From the NCBI RefSeq assembly GCF_041956535.1, contig NW_027192205.1, positions 62,001 to 126,000 on the forward strand: DNA of 64,000 nt, given 5' to 3'. Origin of the DNA: Calcarisporiella thermophila CBS 279.70. Lineage: Eukaryota; Fungi; Calcarisporiellomycota. Of the stretch, positions 1-15,166 are shown piece after piece. The position numbers were made by a program, and so were the translations under genes. The notes beneath the pieces were generated by a model, which did no database searches, was not told where the DNA came from, and saw nothing but the letters and a program-made list of their open reading frames with translations. The first letter of the stretch is position 1. Each line of letters begins with the position of its first letter.

Positions 1-382
1 AAAACGAACCTCACCCAGATGACTGACAATACCAGTCCGCTTTTGATTGGGAGCATCAATTTGTAGGAAACAGTTGACTAGCTTCTAGCTGATGATTATT
101 TTCTTGTGATTTGCGTATGCTAGAGCCTCTTGTGTTGGTTTGAATTCTCGTTCGTCGTGATATTGCCATATTAAATGTGTCGCTTGCCTCCTAACATAGA
201 ATCCCACCACTTTTGAAGTGATGGCACAGGGGCTCTCAGTATTGAGGGCATTATAATACATGTGATTGTCACTCATGCTGGGGGGGGGGGTAAATTTTTG
301 ATAGCAAACAATCAACTTTATATTGCAAGAACACATCAATTTATCATCAGATAGAATTAAGAAGAAAATAGAGAAGATCCTT

Positions 383-3300
383 TTAAAATTCCTTTCGAAT
401 CCGCTCCTGTAGTATCTGCAGTCGGTTTTTGAGTCCTGCCCCATCCATGGTGATGGTGAGTAGATATTTTGTGATACATTCGTCCACCAATTTGGCGGGG
501 AAGCTCTCCCTAGGGTACAATAGAATGTTAGGAAGGCATTAAAAAAAATAATAAAGTCTAAATAGTTACTTGTCGGCAATCGTGGCATTGGGTCCGCCCA
601 AATACTCGAACCATTCGCAAAGCAGCCGCTGGATCCCTTCCACCAAGAAGAGCAACGCATTCGTCCCTTGCCACGGGGGAACCTTCCCTTCAAACAGTCT
701 GTTATATTCATCGAACAGTTCCTCATAGGACGCCCCAACGCTCCGGAGCGCGCGCACGACCCAAGCACGGTCAATGTCGGCACGCTTGTGCTGATAACTG
801 TATTGCTCCAGCAGGTTGCAGAGCAAGCCCAGCGGGAATGCGGCCTGGGAAGGGTAGAACCGCTTGCCGAGCAGCTGGACTTTGAGGGTGAGCGCCTCAA
901 ACGCAGTGCGATTCCCCTTCGTTTCCGAGGTGGAGGCACCATCGTTGGGCTGAGCCTGGGCAGTGGCCTGCTCATGCGTTTTGCGGATGATTTCCTGCCA
1001 TGTTTGGCGCAGAAGATACTCGTCATTATAGTCGGCAGTGTACATGATCAGCAGGATAGTCTCGTGGAGCTTCAGTGGGGCAGCATATTGATTGTAGAGC
1101 TATAGTTTCAAGCATGAAAGCAAAACAAACCATTAGTGAGCGACATCAACTGAGGCTGAACTAGAGGCTGCCCTTTTACCGTTGAGATGTCAAGAAGTTC
1201 GCTCTCCAGCTGCCGCATGTATTTCTCGCCCTCCGGCAGGTCTCGCACCTGCTGATAGATCTCGAGTTGCACCTGTGCTACCTCCAGCCTCTCTTCCAAA
1301 TTGTGCAAGAACTCGGCCATCTTAGCGCCGCCGGTCTGGGCGAGACTCCGAGCATTGCCCACCGCAAGCGAAAGGTATTCGACCCGCTGGTCGAGGGAAA
1401 TGGGGAGGTCCGAGGATTCTGCGAGTCGGAGTTGCACGTTGGCGGCTTTGGCAAAGTCACCTGTCCGCACGTAGTACTGCCAGAGCAGATCGAGCTTTTC
1501 TTTGGTGAGCGGGTCCCGGGAGAGGAAGCCCTCCAGGAATGGCGTTCGCAGCTCAAGCAGCTCATAAGTTAAATTTTCGGCGATAAACCAGTCGTAGAGA
1601 CAGAGGTGGAACAGAGCATCTTCGGAGGCCAGTGCCTTGGGCAGAACTTGGTTTAGATACGCCTCTTTTTCGGGGTCGCTTCGTGACGCGGATATTGGCC
1701 CCACCCCGTGCAGCTTGCTCAGTAGTGAGATGACACACTCATAGCACTGCTTCCGCTTCTCAAACATTTCCGCCCGGGGGTCCATGGGACGCGAGCCCTC
1801 CTCCAGCCATGCGACTGCAACCCCCGCAGGATCCATGTCGTGTGCACAAGCCAATGCTAGCTCCACCGCGCCAGTAAGGAACCCTAGTTCCGTGTACTCG
1901 TTGCAGATTTCTTGTAGCTTCAGCGGTTGCAGGAATCGAGCGACCCTGCAGAAAAGGTTGAGGGATTCGGTAAGGAGCTGCTGTCGCTCATGGTAGTCGG
2001 CCGTATCGCGAGCCTTGCGCAGCTGCTCGATCGCCATGTAGTAGATCACGTCGTCAGCGCTGCAGAAGGTTCCGCACCGTTTCCGTAGAACTTCGCTAAG
2101 CGAGTCCATGTTCAGCTGTTGTTGGCTGGCCTGCTTCTTGATCACCGCGGTCACCAAATCCCGGCACAACTCTCTGCCCTTTTGGGTGGTCAGTACGCTC
2201 TCGTAGGTCAAGCCGGCCAGCTCGGATTGTGCAGCGGCCGCCATAATCTCAATGGCCTCCGGAAGCTTGTAATCGATGAGCAAGAGTACGAACGACAAGG
2301 CCTCGATGCACTGCACAAGGAGCAGGCACAAAGCATCGAGCGATTGCTGCTCGGCTTCCCAGGCCTGAGCTTCCTTGCGGTCAATTTGCATGTCAGAATA
2401 TCTGGGCTCCGTGGGCTGGGAGAGATTCATCGACTGCATGTTTTGATCCAAGAACTCCTTCAAAGAGGTGAGATCTCGCTGCACTGCCCTGAGCTCATCC
2501 ACGGAAATATTAGTATCCTGCCGGTTCTTGTTGGTCGAGAGTGGGGCAGGCTTGGTCACCTTTTCCTTCCAAATTGGCCGCAATAACCGCGCAATATATA
2601 GGGCAAGGCCCGCATGCCGCCCGCTGTAAACAATCTCTGGTCTTGTTTCTGCGCGGCCCAGATCGTTTTGTCCTTGCGCCGCATAAGGTTTGTCGAGGAG
2701 AGAAGGCTTCCCCCCAAATTCCAGCAGAAGTCGACGAGCGCCATTTTGCACCGCAGAGTCGAGTTTGGAGGGGGTTGAGGGCAACTGCGGCGACAACAGC
2801 CCGCTAGGGATGTTAGGGATATGTGGATTCGCACAAAGGATTGCAAAGCACATCGCACACACTTCAGCGGGTCCATAATTCTCACAAAATGCCATCAAAT
2901 CAGTATCTCTTCCCCCCGATTCTACCAACAGTCGAGTCAAGATATCGACTGGGCGTTGTTTGACGAGCACAGTAACTCCGGAGTTGGTTAGAACCACGTA
3001 ATCCTTGGGCTGATTCGAAAACTGGGTTGCCAACTCGCTCAGCTGCTGGCTGGCCGTCTTGGTCGCGGTAGAACGCGCCTCAGCAATGGCCCATGTTTTT
3101 CCTTCGATTGGCGACGTGTTGCTCTGCTCCAGTAGTGACATTCGCTGATTTTGCTTCTTCATCAAAGCAATCCGGCCCATCTCTGGTGAAGCTGCAACCA
3201 ATGAATCGCGTTCATCGCTAATCCCATCCACCGCCAGGAACACGCCATTCCCATAGTATGCCGTATGGATACCCGTGTATGAAGCATTCTGGAAGAACAC

Positions 3301-4739
3301 GCCAGTACTTCTATCTGTCGAGACTCCTCCCGGCGGTGCCCTGACATGTACAAGCTCTAGGCCGGTGGGCTGTGTCGGCTGATCCCCTCCATATCCTCGA
3401 TAACGGTTGTGCGAGAAATAGAGTCGACATCCCGTTGAAGTGACCGCCACCAGATGCACCCACTTCGATTCCGAGGTGTTAACAATATGAATGGATACGA
3501 TCTTGAAACTCTGAGGAGAAATGGCTTGAGATGTAGGGTACAGCATGCTCGCGTGGCGGCCGATGTCGGTTTTGCGTTCGACCCGGGTAAAGGATCGACC
3601 GTCACGGCCAAGGTATACTACTTCTATGTTGGATTTTGCAGTGAGTGCGTAGAGGACGTTTCGAGCGCTATCGACCACAACCGAGCAGATCGAATCGTCC
3701 TGCTGGAACTGGAAGAAAGTCGGGAGGAAATAGGAATAGGCTGAAGACGTGTGATTAATTTTTCGGCATCTCTTCTGGAACCAGCGCTCTTCTGACTCAT
3801 AAGTTAGCTCATACAAGTGTCCGTCGCCTCCGCACATGAAAATTCGCCCGTTGTCCGTCCCGACTATGTTGTTCATGATAACATTATCTGATGGCACCGA
3901 CATGTTCGTTGTGTAAAGCGTTATATCGCCCTCCTCGCTTCGGTTTGGTAACGATACTCCCAAGAGGATGATTTCTCCGGGTGTCGCAAGTACAAGGAGA
4001 TAGTGGATTTGGTCGATGAAGATGCCTGGTCTTGGCTTGACCAGACCTACACTCACAATTGTATCACTTTGCTCCTCAAATGTTGAGACATCGCCACTAC
4101 GTCGAGAGGACATGGAAATCAGCTGTTAATGCTTTCATGTTCAGACAAAATTGGCCAAAAATGACTTACTTCCCAAAATAATTCCACAGAAAGAGCCGAT
4201 GTTCAAAAGCGATCCATGCTCGGCCAATCTCTGGGAACAGGCCCATAAAGCATTGTGCACCCGTCATAGCTAGCGCACAAAAATGGGTCAACAAGTTTCC
4301 TACTAAATTCTACAGCGAATTGTGTCTTACCATTATACAATCTTAGGACTCCATCTGGAAGATTGATGAATTGTCTCTTTTGAATCGTCTGCCAGGACGG
4401 ACGAGCCGGCTGCGTATAATCGGAAGAAGCCGATACCGCTGAATATAGATAATTCCGCGACATGCATTAGCAGAAATTTTAAGCAGGAGAAAAGAATGAA
4501 TTATATCGGTATTTCAACTTACAACCAAGCAGATCTGCGAGTTCTGGGTATTCCTCATCGCGCTTTAACTGTTCGTGCAGAGTGCGAGCGGCAGTTTGCA
4601 TTGACAAATAGAACGAATCAGAATCCCCGGTGCGTGGCTGTAATCGCTGTTGCAGCTGCTGGGGCTGCGATTGCGTTGGCTGATTCGCGGTCCAAAAGAG
4701 ACTCGTGCTCTCACGAAAAGATCGCGGAGTAGAAATCAT
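383..4739 (-). CDS. NUP170: Nucleoporin Nup157/Nup170 (Nup155 family), multi-exon
   Basis: Joins ORFs 4479-4769, 4203-4463, 1108-4113 and 566-1045. Typical motifs: SVGLVKPRPGIF, GRIFMCG, YSGRHAGLALYIARLLRPIW, LDQRVEYLSLA. ATG at 4739. A last exon (ESFPAKLVDECITKYLL...RKEF*) follows an intron beginning near 568 and ends at 383. Confidence 0.93.
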
Positions 4740-5007
4740 GTTAATTGGATTGTTCTCCCGCTGATGCACGCGTTATTCTCTTCGCTCCTCTAGTCTATCG
4801 ATGTATTAAGGGTGGGAGAGTACGAGGGAGAAAGCAATGCGAGGGTATGTCTCTTTCGACGCGTCTCTCGGTCTATTGCCTGTGGAGTCGGTCAAGAGAA
4901 CCCCAAACAAAAATTTCGAATCCTAATACGGCGCAGCAGCCAGGACTGCTCTCTTGAAAGGATAAACACCCGCTAATTGCCTCTATTCAACTTAATAAAT
5001 TCATAAG

Positions 5008-5656
5008 ATGGGAAAAAAGTCAAAATCGAAGAAATCAAAGATAGACAATGAGGATATGGGCGAGAAGCCCCTTGTCCATATTCCCAATGACGACGAAGAT
5101 ACAGATAGCAAGCGAGGACTCGTTGGACTAAAAAGTAAATTTTCCGCTTTTGTAATGTCATTAATTCCAAGAATGTTAATCAATCCCGTATTTATCTTTT
5201 AGAATGGCTTTTTGAATATCACCAAGAGCGACCACCCGCATCTGTTCTTCAATCCCAAGTTGATGCCTTCATGAAGAAATTTACAGAGGATGAATACGAG
5301 AAAGAGCGAAAATTAGCTGAACTTCATAACCAACCTGACGAGGACGGATTCATCACGGTAACCCGCAAGAGCAGGAGAAATACTAATACAGACGGCACGG
5401 TCACCGTGACTGCAGCACGGCCGGAGGAAATCAAGGACTTGAAGCCAAAAAAGAAAGAGCTCAAAGACTTTTATAGATTCCAGATTAGAGAGGCGAAGCG
5501 AGATCGTAAGTTTCTGGTATATATTCATAGATGATTTTCTTGTGTGCTAACAGTGCAAGCCATCCCATAGAATTGGTGCAATTGCGCAAGAAATTTGAGG
5601 AAGATAAGAAGAGGATTGAGAGTCTCAAGGCAAACCGTCGATTTAAACCATATTGA
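5008..5656 (+). CDS. RRP7: Ribosomal RNA-processing protein 7, C-terminal domain only (about 171 aa)
   Basis: Exons 5008-5134, 5203-5505, 5571-5656. Motifs PDEDGFITV, KELKDFYRFQIRE and the terminal LRKKFEEDKKRI...RRFKPY*. Confidence 0.9.
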
Positions 5657-5890
5657 ATCCTTCATTTTTGTACAGTTTTTTTTTGTTCTGTTATTTATAT
5701 CTCTATTACAAAAAGACATTTCCTCTTATTAATATAAATATAAATATAAATATAATTTGGTTCCGTTTCGAGTGTTGGAATAATTAGTTGTTCTACATTT
5801 ACTACATAAGTAAAGAGTCCTATTAAGGTGGCTTTTATCTAGTAAAAGAGAATAAAAAGGGAATAAATTAAGAGATGTGAAGTTTTAAAG

Positions 5891-7780
5891 TTAACAGTTG
5901 TTAGTGTTCCAATTTTTCGTGACAAATTCACTCCACATTGTGTTGGTGGTCATGCCCTGCAGATATATCTGGGTGTCAGCCTTGGTGAAGTTACGGCCAG
6001 TAAGGGTGTTCAAGGCAGATAAGACGTCGGGTTCGTTGAAGTCGGGGTAGACGACATCAATCTTCTCGGCCTGCGGTGCGGCGGTCACAACATAGTTGGG
6101 GATCTTGAAAACAGGCTTCGGCGTGTGCTTCACGGCATCACCGTCTCCATCCAGATCGTCCTTGGTCACGTAACCGTAGTCAATTTCAGCACGTTTGTGG
6201 AATGCACTTTGGATGTTATTGAGGGTATCGCTAAGCCTGGGGGCAATGGCTCCCTCGACATCCGCCACATACTTCCACTTGTTTTTGAATGGAGAAATGA
6301 TGTAAAGGTCGTCATTGGTGAAGGGGCCTTTGAAGAGGTCAAAGCGGGTGGAACCGGTGCTCAGAGCGACCTGAGGTGGGACGGGGCGCGATGTATTGAC
6401 AATGGTTTTGGGAAGAAGCTCAGTGGCAAGCAAATGGTAGATCGAATTGGTCTCATTGAAGCCAACTTGTTTGAGGTAATAGTCCTAGAAATAGCTGTCA
6501 GTCGGTCGTGAACCAGGGTCATTATGGAATCATAGATATCCTACCTGAGGGACGCACCCGAGCTTGTAGGTAATATTGAGCTCTTCGCGGATACGCAAAA
6601 TTTCCTCAGTGATCTCTTTTCCTTTCTCTGTGTCGAAAGTTTCCTCAGTCGTGTTAGTATAGTGGATGTAAGTGGGACGGTTGCCGTCTAGGTAGAGGCG
6701 GTTGACCGTGAGATTCTTGGCCATATCAGTCTCGTTGAGGCCTTTGATCGAGATCCATCCTACGGTCTCCATATAGCGACCAGCCTGGAGAGCCACAGTG
6801 TGAGCATCGAAAAATGCAAAGTCGCGGACGTGTGAGTGGCCGGCGAGCATGACAATCGGCTTTGTAGGATGCACCGCTCGGATTGCCTTGTGAAGGACTC
6901 CAAACTCCGGCTGACGGATCGGGATATGTCCATTAATGATGATCAAATCGGTGTCGTTGGCGCTCTGGAGAGCTTCATTGAACCAGGGCTGCTTCACCGA
7001 CTCTTCCACGCTCACAACAACGGTGTTGTTCGAGTTTGATTTGAAGTTGTATAGGAAACCAAATACTAGCGCCGTGGTACCGAACTCTCCCTTGTACCGC
7101 AGGAATTGGCTGCCAATTGGTGTGGTCTCGTTGGTCTCAGCATTTTTGATGAACACGTTGGAGGTGAGATATTTCCCCTCCCATTTCGGCGCGAAGTCCT
7201 TGTAGACATGCTCAGCAATCGTTCCATTGTAAAGCTCATGGTTGCCTACGTTCATATGGAGGATAAGGTGTCAACAGTAAGTATAAAATATATGAGAGGA
7301 ATAGAGACATACCGATTGTGAGAGCATCGTAGGGGACATTGAAAAACAGTGGATCACTCTTTAGCCCGCCAACTACCGAGGCATCCGAAAACCCATTTCC
7401 ATCATGGAGATCTCCCGTATCAATAACGAAGAGATCTTTCTTCAACTCGCGAGCTTTATCCTAATAGATTGTATGAATTATTAAATTTCCAATCTAAAAC
7501 TTGAAGAACAACTAAAGATGCATATGTCACATACCTTCATATGATTGACGAAGGAAGTGAAATCTCCCCAGTCACCGGCATAGTTGGCCTCCTTCAAATG
7601 ACCAGGCAAGAAGCCGTGGGTGTCGGTTGTTTGAATAATGGAGAAGTCTCCCCACTCTAGAGAACGGAACTCCATGGGAGTCGTAATGTTCGGAGCGCCC
7701 GGCTGCATTCGCTTGGCCATGGGCGCGGCACTGGCGAGACATGCCGCAAGGATTGGGAAAACTACGCCGGTTACCCTCAT
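5891..7780 (-). CDS. Secreted calcineurin-like metallophosphoesterase / 5'-nucleotidase (YHR202W-like)
   Basis: Signal peptide MRVTGVVFPILAACLASA. Metallophosphatase motifs TTDTHG, DTGDLHDGNG, GNHELY, GHSH, followed by a 5'-nucleotidase-type C-terminal domain. Multi-exon. Confidence 0.88.
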
Positions 7781-8884
7781 TAGAAGAAAGCAAGGCAAAA
7801 ATGAAAAGGAACGGGGAAGACCCGAGTATTACAAAAGAGACGTAGCTTATATAGTACAGAAATGGACTGGAGTTCATTTTGGTTTGTACAAGTTGGAAAG
7901 GCTTTTCTAAGGCATGCTTTCGAAGCATATTGCTTAAACGGTGTTATTTACTTGTCGGAGTTTGGTTGCTAATTTCGGAAACCAAAATATCCACCTACAG
8001 CAAGAACGGGAGTTCTTGGAAGATCTCCCCGAGCGGCTCTATTTTAGTATTCAGTACCAGGGGATCTGCTGGCGCTGATACTTCTCCATGTCTGCGGAGA
8101 GCTGTCCAAATCAAACCATAGCTGCCCATTTACATTAGGCCACTGCTTGCGAAAGTCTTGGAAACATAAAGTGAAGTTGAATACAAGCGAACTCTATATT
8201 ATTGTCTCTAAGCAACGACATGTCTAACCTTCCCCTGAACTTGTTTTGGCCAAAAGAAATTCAACCGTTCATCTGAGCAATTTAGGGAGTACACATGATA
8301 ATTCCCAAGCATTTCCGCCATTTTCTTCGTAACTTCACACGCTCGCTCTGCTGCAATTAGCAACGACGATGATCAGCCAACTGTAGTACAACCGACCTTG
8401 AAAACCTTCAGAAATTGCATTATACATATCGAAAGATACCATAACAACTATTGAAATATATATAAAAAAAAAGCAAGAGTAGCTTGAGATAGCTCTATCA
8501 TATTAAGGGAAAGCGATAGATATATCCATGGAATCCACATCCTTGAGATAACCTTTCCCTTTAAGCCAAAAGAGTCGGTAAATAGACGTATGAAAAGGTA
8601 AGGAGAGCTATAAACATAACGATGCTGATAAATAGATCTTTTATAAGGATTACTTAGACATTAAGTGACACCCAACCTCAGGAACCCTTTTACTTATTGC
8701 CCCAGGCATCAGATTCATGTAAAGTACATATGACTGCTATAACCTTAGATGCTCGTGTGTATTAATTTACTAATTACAAGAAATAAATAAATCAAAGTTA
8801 TAGAATGCTATGGTTGAGATAGTGTAATCAAGTCATTCATAAAAGCAATTTATTTGGCATATAAGAAATTGCATTTCAAGGGGC

Positions 8885-8919
8885 TTATTTTGATGAAGCG
8901 GTAGGCCCTTGCTGTTGCT

Positions 8920-8950
<31 letters not shown>

Positions 8951-11539
8951 TAGATGTTGCTGAGTATATTGGCCAGACTGGCTCATTCCTTGCGCTGATG
9001 GCTGCGCATAAAATCCTGCATATTGCCCGTATCCATACAATGGAATATTTGCAGGACGGTACCCTGCTTGTGCATATCCAGCAGGATAACCCGCCTGTGG
9101 AGAAACCGGGCGCACAATGTAAGGAGCATTGCTCGCTCCACCTGCGACAGCGATCATAGAATTGCTCGGGTTGCTACCACCAGCAGAAGAAAGGGGTATT
9201 TGGCCGTAATCCATGCCTGCGTATATAGGAGGTTGACCTGAAAGATAGGTTGATTGTCCGTGAGCGTAGCCCTGTTGTGCATATGCGGAGTAAATGGGGG
9301 GCTGCTGCGGGTAAGGATATGGCGAAGCAATGAAAGGCTGCTCCTCATACACCACTTGTCCATATAGCTGCTGAAGCTGTGGTTGTTGAGAAACAAGTTG
9401 ATAATGCCCCGGTTGCAACGGAGGTAATACTGGTGTCTGCTGATGGTATTGCGGAAGTTGAGACTGCTGTTGAGGTGTTTGTGGCGGTTGCTGTTGCTGC
9501 TGTTGCTGTTGCTGCTGCTGTTGCGACTGCTCTTGCTCATTTTTTCCCTGGAAATCGTCCGCCTCAAAAGTGGATGTAAACGTATATTCTTTCTCTCTAA
9601 TTTTCACATGGATCTTCAATTCTGTTAGTCCGAAATACATTTTGATCGTCATTCGTACTCTCTCTCCTGGCTGAACACCCTGAAGTTCCGGCATTCGGAT
9701 TGGAAAATAACCCACTTTTCTCACGTCTGGATGGGTCGTTAGCCGAGGAGGAGGGCCGTCCGCATCACAGGCAAACAAATCCGAATCCGTGTCATTAGGA
9801 TATGCCACCGTAAACTCCTTGGTGATGCATTCATCGATTTTAATTGGCTGTCCTTTACGAATAAATACTGAAAAGCGTTGGCGACAGAATGGCCGTCCGT
9901 CCGATCCTGTGGTTGCATATTCTGGAGGATCCAGCTCTGGCTCGAAGAGCATACGAGTTTCAACTCCATAACTGCGACGAGCTACCCGTTGTGTGACCAC
10001 ACGAGGATTAAGCCCAAAATAGACCGCACCACGCACCACGGCAAGGGCGCCTCGCGGAGGCACGCCAATCAATCCAACTCGCGAATTGAATCTTTGATGA
10101 ACGCAATTGTATAAATAGTTGGATTGACCAAAGCCCCCTACCAAAAATATTGCTTGAAGCGCCCCTGCCGCCTGCAATTGCTGCTCTATCAATTCTAGTA
10201 CCTGCCGCACTACCGGCTCATACACCTCTTCTCGTAACTCGGAAGCCTGTAATCTTATTATGCCAGCCTCTATTCCAGCCTTCTCAACCGTGATATCGCC
10301 AAAGCCCATAGATGCAGGCAAGTGCATGAATTGATCTTCTTCTCCGTCGAAATTCGGCTTTACTCCATCTATGAACTTGTCTATAATTTGCTCAAACGCG
10401 GCTGGTGGGACAGGACCGACATGTTGTAATTTACGTTCAAGGAAATTACGCATATTTAGATCCAGGAAACCAGAGCCGCAAGACGCCCCGTGGCCTTTAG
10501 TCACTTCCTTTAATGTTCGAACTCCATTTTTGTCCTCGATTTCGAAGACGATAAGATCAACCGTGCCACCTCCAGCATCTTAAAAATGGAGGTAAAGAAG
10601 AAAAAAAACGAAAATATTATCTAGTAAAATGGTGCAAAAAAGAAATGAAATGTAGCAAAAGAGTAGCTACCACATATCATGAAACGCTCGCCATTCTTCA
10701 AGTTGAATCTATCGCACTTTTTCTCACAGTAGAGCGCGGCGGCTTCAGGTTCAGATATTAGCATAAGTCGGTCAGGGTGATCATTGGGGGACACCAAGCC
10801 TGCTTTTATGGCCGCCAAACGCATAGCCGCTTTGGCTGGGTCACTCCACATGGCTGGGACTGTCAGACAGTAGCGATACTAAATATATCTAAAATGATTC
10901 CAAGGAAATAGAGGACCAGCGGAATAAATGCCTACCTTTGAGGTGTCGTAATTTGCAGCAAATCCTCTCTGCAGCTCCGTTAATACTAGAATAAATTAGC
11001 TGTTAGTCCAAGTTGCTTAGCCAGCACGCATCATCGCGTTACCATAGCTATGAAAAGCTCGTAGATAGTCCGCGATAACATCCACGATGGTGAGCCCATT
11101 AGGAAGGGGCGCTAGTTTTAGGTTTTCATCCAAGTGTAGTTTGAACTTAGAAAGCAGAACCTGTTCTCGAGCATCGGGCCTCATCATCGTTCGTTTAGCA
11201 CCATATCCCCACTCGTAGAGTTGCTTGCTATTATTCAGATAGAAGCTGAGAGTCGGAACTTTAGGATACGTGTCACCAAACTGCTTGGGCCTAACAAAGA
11301 GTTTGATAGCTAGTACAAGAGCCGCAAATTTTTGGGTTTTTTGTTTCTAGAACATACCACTTTGTTATATCAATAACTTCTTCATTTTGACCGAATGCAT
11401 ACGCACAACCGCTAAATGTCGTGCCAAAATCTGTGACAATTAGTTTATGTATTAATCAATGAAATCAATGGTGCAGATAAATCCACTTACCAATTCCAAT
11501 AACAATTGGGTATTCTGCAAAATTAAACGTTGAATTCAT
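8885..11539 (-). CDS. Atypical Hsp70 (HSPA12-like actin-fold ATPase) with a Q/P/Y-rich C-terminal tail
   Basis: Spliced N-terminus IVIGIDFGTTFSG; YCLTVPAMWSD; LISEPEAAALY; DAGGGTVDL; FLVGGFGQS. Low-complexity tail of about 220 aa. Confidence 0.88.
8909..8950 (-). repeat. CAG/CAA polyglutamine tract (14 Q)
   Basis: (tgc/tgt)n run within the Hsp70-like C-terminus. Confidence 0.9.
9488..9523 (-). repeat. CAG/CAA polyglutamine tract (12 Q)
   Basis: (tgc/tgt)n run at the start of the Hsp70-like tail. Confidence 0.9.
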
Positions 11540-11913
11540 TGCAAACCTCCATGAACAATTTTCCGAACAGATAAGATGGAAAACGAAAGCTACACGAAAG
11601 TAAATTCAGAACAAGAGCATTAGCATCAAGAAATTGCTGCGGTGCAGTTCTAGAAGAGTCGCTTTACATTAATGGGCTTGAATAGCCGATAAGCCGGGAG
11701 AGAGCTGGACGTGAGGGGGACAAGTACCGTTCAAAAGAAAGAGCGAGGTGGCTGCGAATTCGAAGTTATAAAATAATTCATGTTATTTGAATGATTGCAC
11801 AGCCACACCAATCCAAGCGAAGTGGCGACTATGGAAAAGAATAAGGAAAAACCAATTCCTTCTCTTTGCCATATATTTATACCTGACAAATCATCTCTTC
11901 AAATCAAACAATC

Positions 11914-13088
11914 ATGAGCTGGTAAGCAATGCTCTATCATTTTATAATATTTATTCTTCTACATCATGCCTTTACACTCTGATCTAGGTCTGGATTCAAG
12001 AAAAATCTTAATCGTGCTGGCACCACGGTATTTTCTAATCTAATGATCAATTTTACTAATCTTGGCATTAACATGTTCCCTACTTCTTTTGTCCTGACAT
12101 TTCTAGATTATGCAAAAAGCAGGTGCCATGGAAAAAACAGTAAAATATTCATTATTTTACTGCAAATCTTCATTATATATTTATTCTTATTTTTTTATTA
12201 GGTGGACAGAGAATTTGAAGAAGAGGAGAGAAGATTTAGACTGTAATATAAAATAATTCCCCTCTTGCTTCAAGTATCTAATTTTCTTTAACATAGGCTT
12301 GAATCAAAGTCAGAACGATTGCATAAGGAAGCCAAAGGATATTTGGATTCTTTAAGATGTTAGTAATTCAAAAATGGTACGCGTTTTTAGCTATAGCATT
12401 GACACATTTCTTTTGCCTCTCTTATTTAGCTGTTACCAACGCACAAAAGCGTATCGCTGAAACTATAAGTCAATTTTATGATGATTCAGCCCCCATGGGA
12501 GTGTGTGTTACTCGCTACAAACAAACTATGGATTCACTTGAGGATGTGGCCCGTCTCGAAATGGATCAAACTTATCGCCAAACAGTCTTAGAGCCTATTG
12601 GGCGATTCTGTGCATATTTCCCTGAGATTAACGATGCTATAAAGAAGCGAAACAAGAAACTACTTGACTACGACTCTATGCGCAATAAGGTGCGAAAGTT
12701 GGTGGACAAGCCAAGCGAAGATACATCACGACTTCCTCGGGTAGGCAATAAATATTGTGATAAGTATGGGTTCGAATGTTTTTTTTTTTTACATATACAA
12801 TATCGATGCTTTTAGGCAGAACAAGATGCCAATATGGCTCGTGAGATTTATGAACATCTCAACAGCCTTCTTATTGCCGAACTTCCCAAGGTGGTCGATA
12901 TTCGCGTTCCTTATCTAGATCCATCGTTCGAGGCAATGGTTAAGACACAACTCCAATACTATCAGAGTGCTCACCAGAAACTCGGGGTTGTCCGTGAGTA
13001 TTTCCCTCCAGAAGAGCCCACCCTGGAAAGCAAAGTGGAAGGAGTCTTGCAACAAATGAGAGACTTAACTATCTGTGGCATTAACTAA
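11914..13088 (+). CDS. RVS161: Amphiphysin-like BAR protein Rvs161/Hob3
   Basis: Spliced N-terminus MSWSGFKKNLNRAGT...VDREFEEEERRF. Motifs KKRNKKLLDYD and RVPYLDPSFEA. No SH3 domain. Confidence 0.92.
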
Positions 13089-13392
13089 CTAGAATTTCTT
13101 TGAAATTTTATCCTATGGACCTTTTTTTTTCCTCTCTTCGCTCCTTGTAATTTTTTATATGATTATTCTTAACTTCAATTTCAATATTTTTTTTAAACAT
13201 GCTGGCTACTTTTTCTATAGGACACCAAATTAAATTGAATTGGCACACCTGCTGCGTCTCAAAGTCACAGTAAACAAAAACCTACCATCTCTCCAAGATA
13301 ACTTGTTTATTTTTACGAGCGTGCGAGAGCAAAAGTACCGTCCCTTCCCACCCATCCTCTTCCCTAAGAAACATAGCTAAAAGCCTCTTATC

Positions 13393-14724
<1,332 letters not shown>

Positions 14725-15139
14725 ATCCATTTCCCCAGATTCTTTCCCCGCCATATTCTTGTGTTTAATTAATTCTTTGTTCTTTTCTGCACCTTGCGCT
14801 CATAAATTATAATGCTAAACTCATCACAAAAACTTTCGCCCATACATAACAACCTGCAATGGATATATATTACATCAGAGTCTATGGCTTTCAACTTGAC
14901 TATAAGAGCTATATATCCCTGAGTAATTATTGGATAAGCTCAAGTTAGAGCTTCTTTGTGTAGTGAGTGGTTTACTGACGTGGTTGTGGAGAGGAACACA
15001 AAGATATGCTTAGAGAATGACCTGAGGATAGTATGTTGACTTGGGTACAGTAACCCTTGACGTGCATTTGATTGAGTCTTCCTATAACTATTTTTTAATC
15101 CAAACATGCGAAGATCAACGCGCAAAAGATTGAAGAAGC

Positions 15140-15166
15140 AAAAAAAAAAAAAAAAAAAAAAAAAAA
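15140..15166 (+). repeat. Poly(A) tract, 27 nt
   Basis: Direct A run in intergenic DNA. Confidence 0.9.

Noticed and set aside
85-1026. 313-aa minus-strand ORF and other ORFs overlapping NUP170
   Set aside because: These are alternative-frame shadows of GC-rich coding sequence that read through an intron and the 3' UTR, with no recognisable motifs.
9379-9628. Poly-Ala/Val and poly-Leu ORFs
   Set aside because: These are antisense frames of the polyQ repeat.
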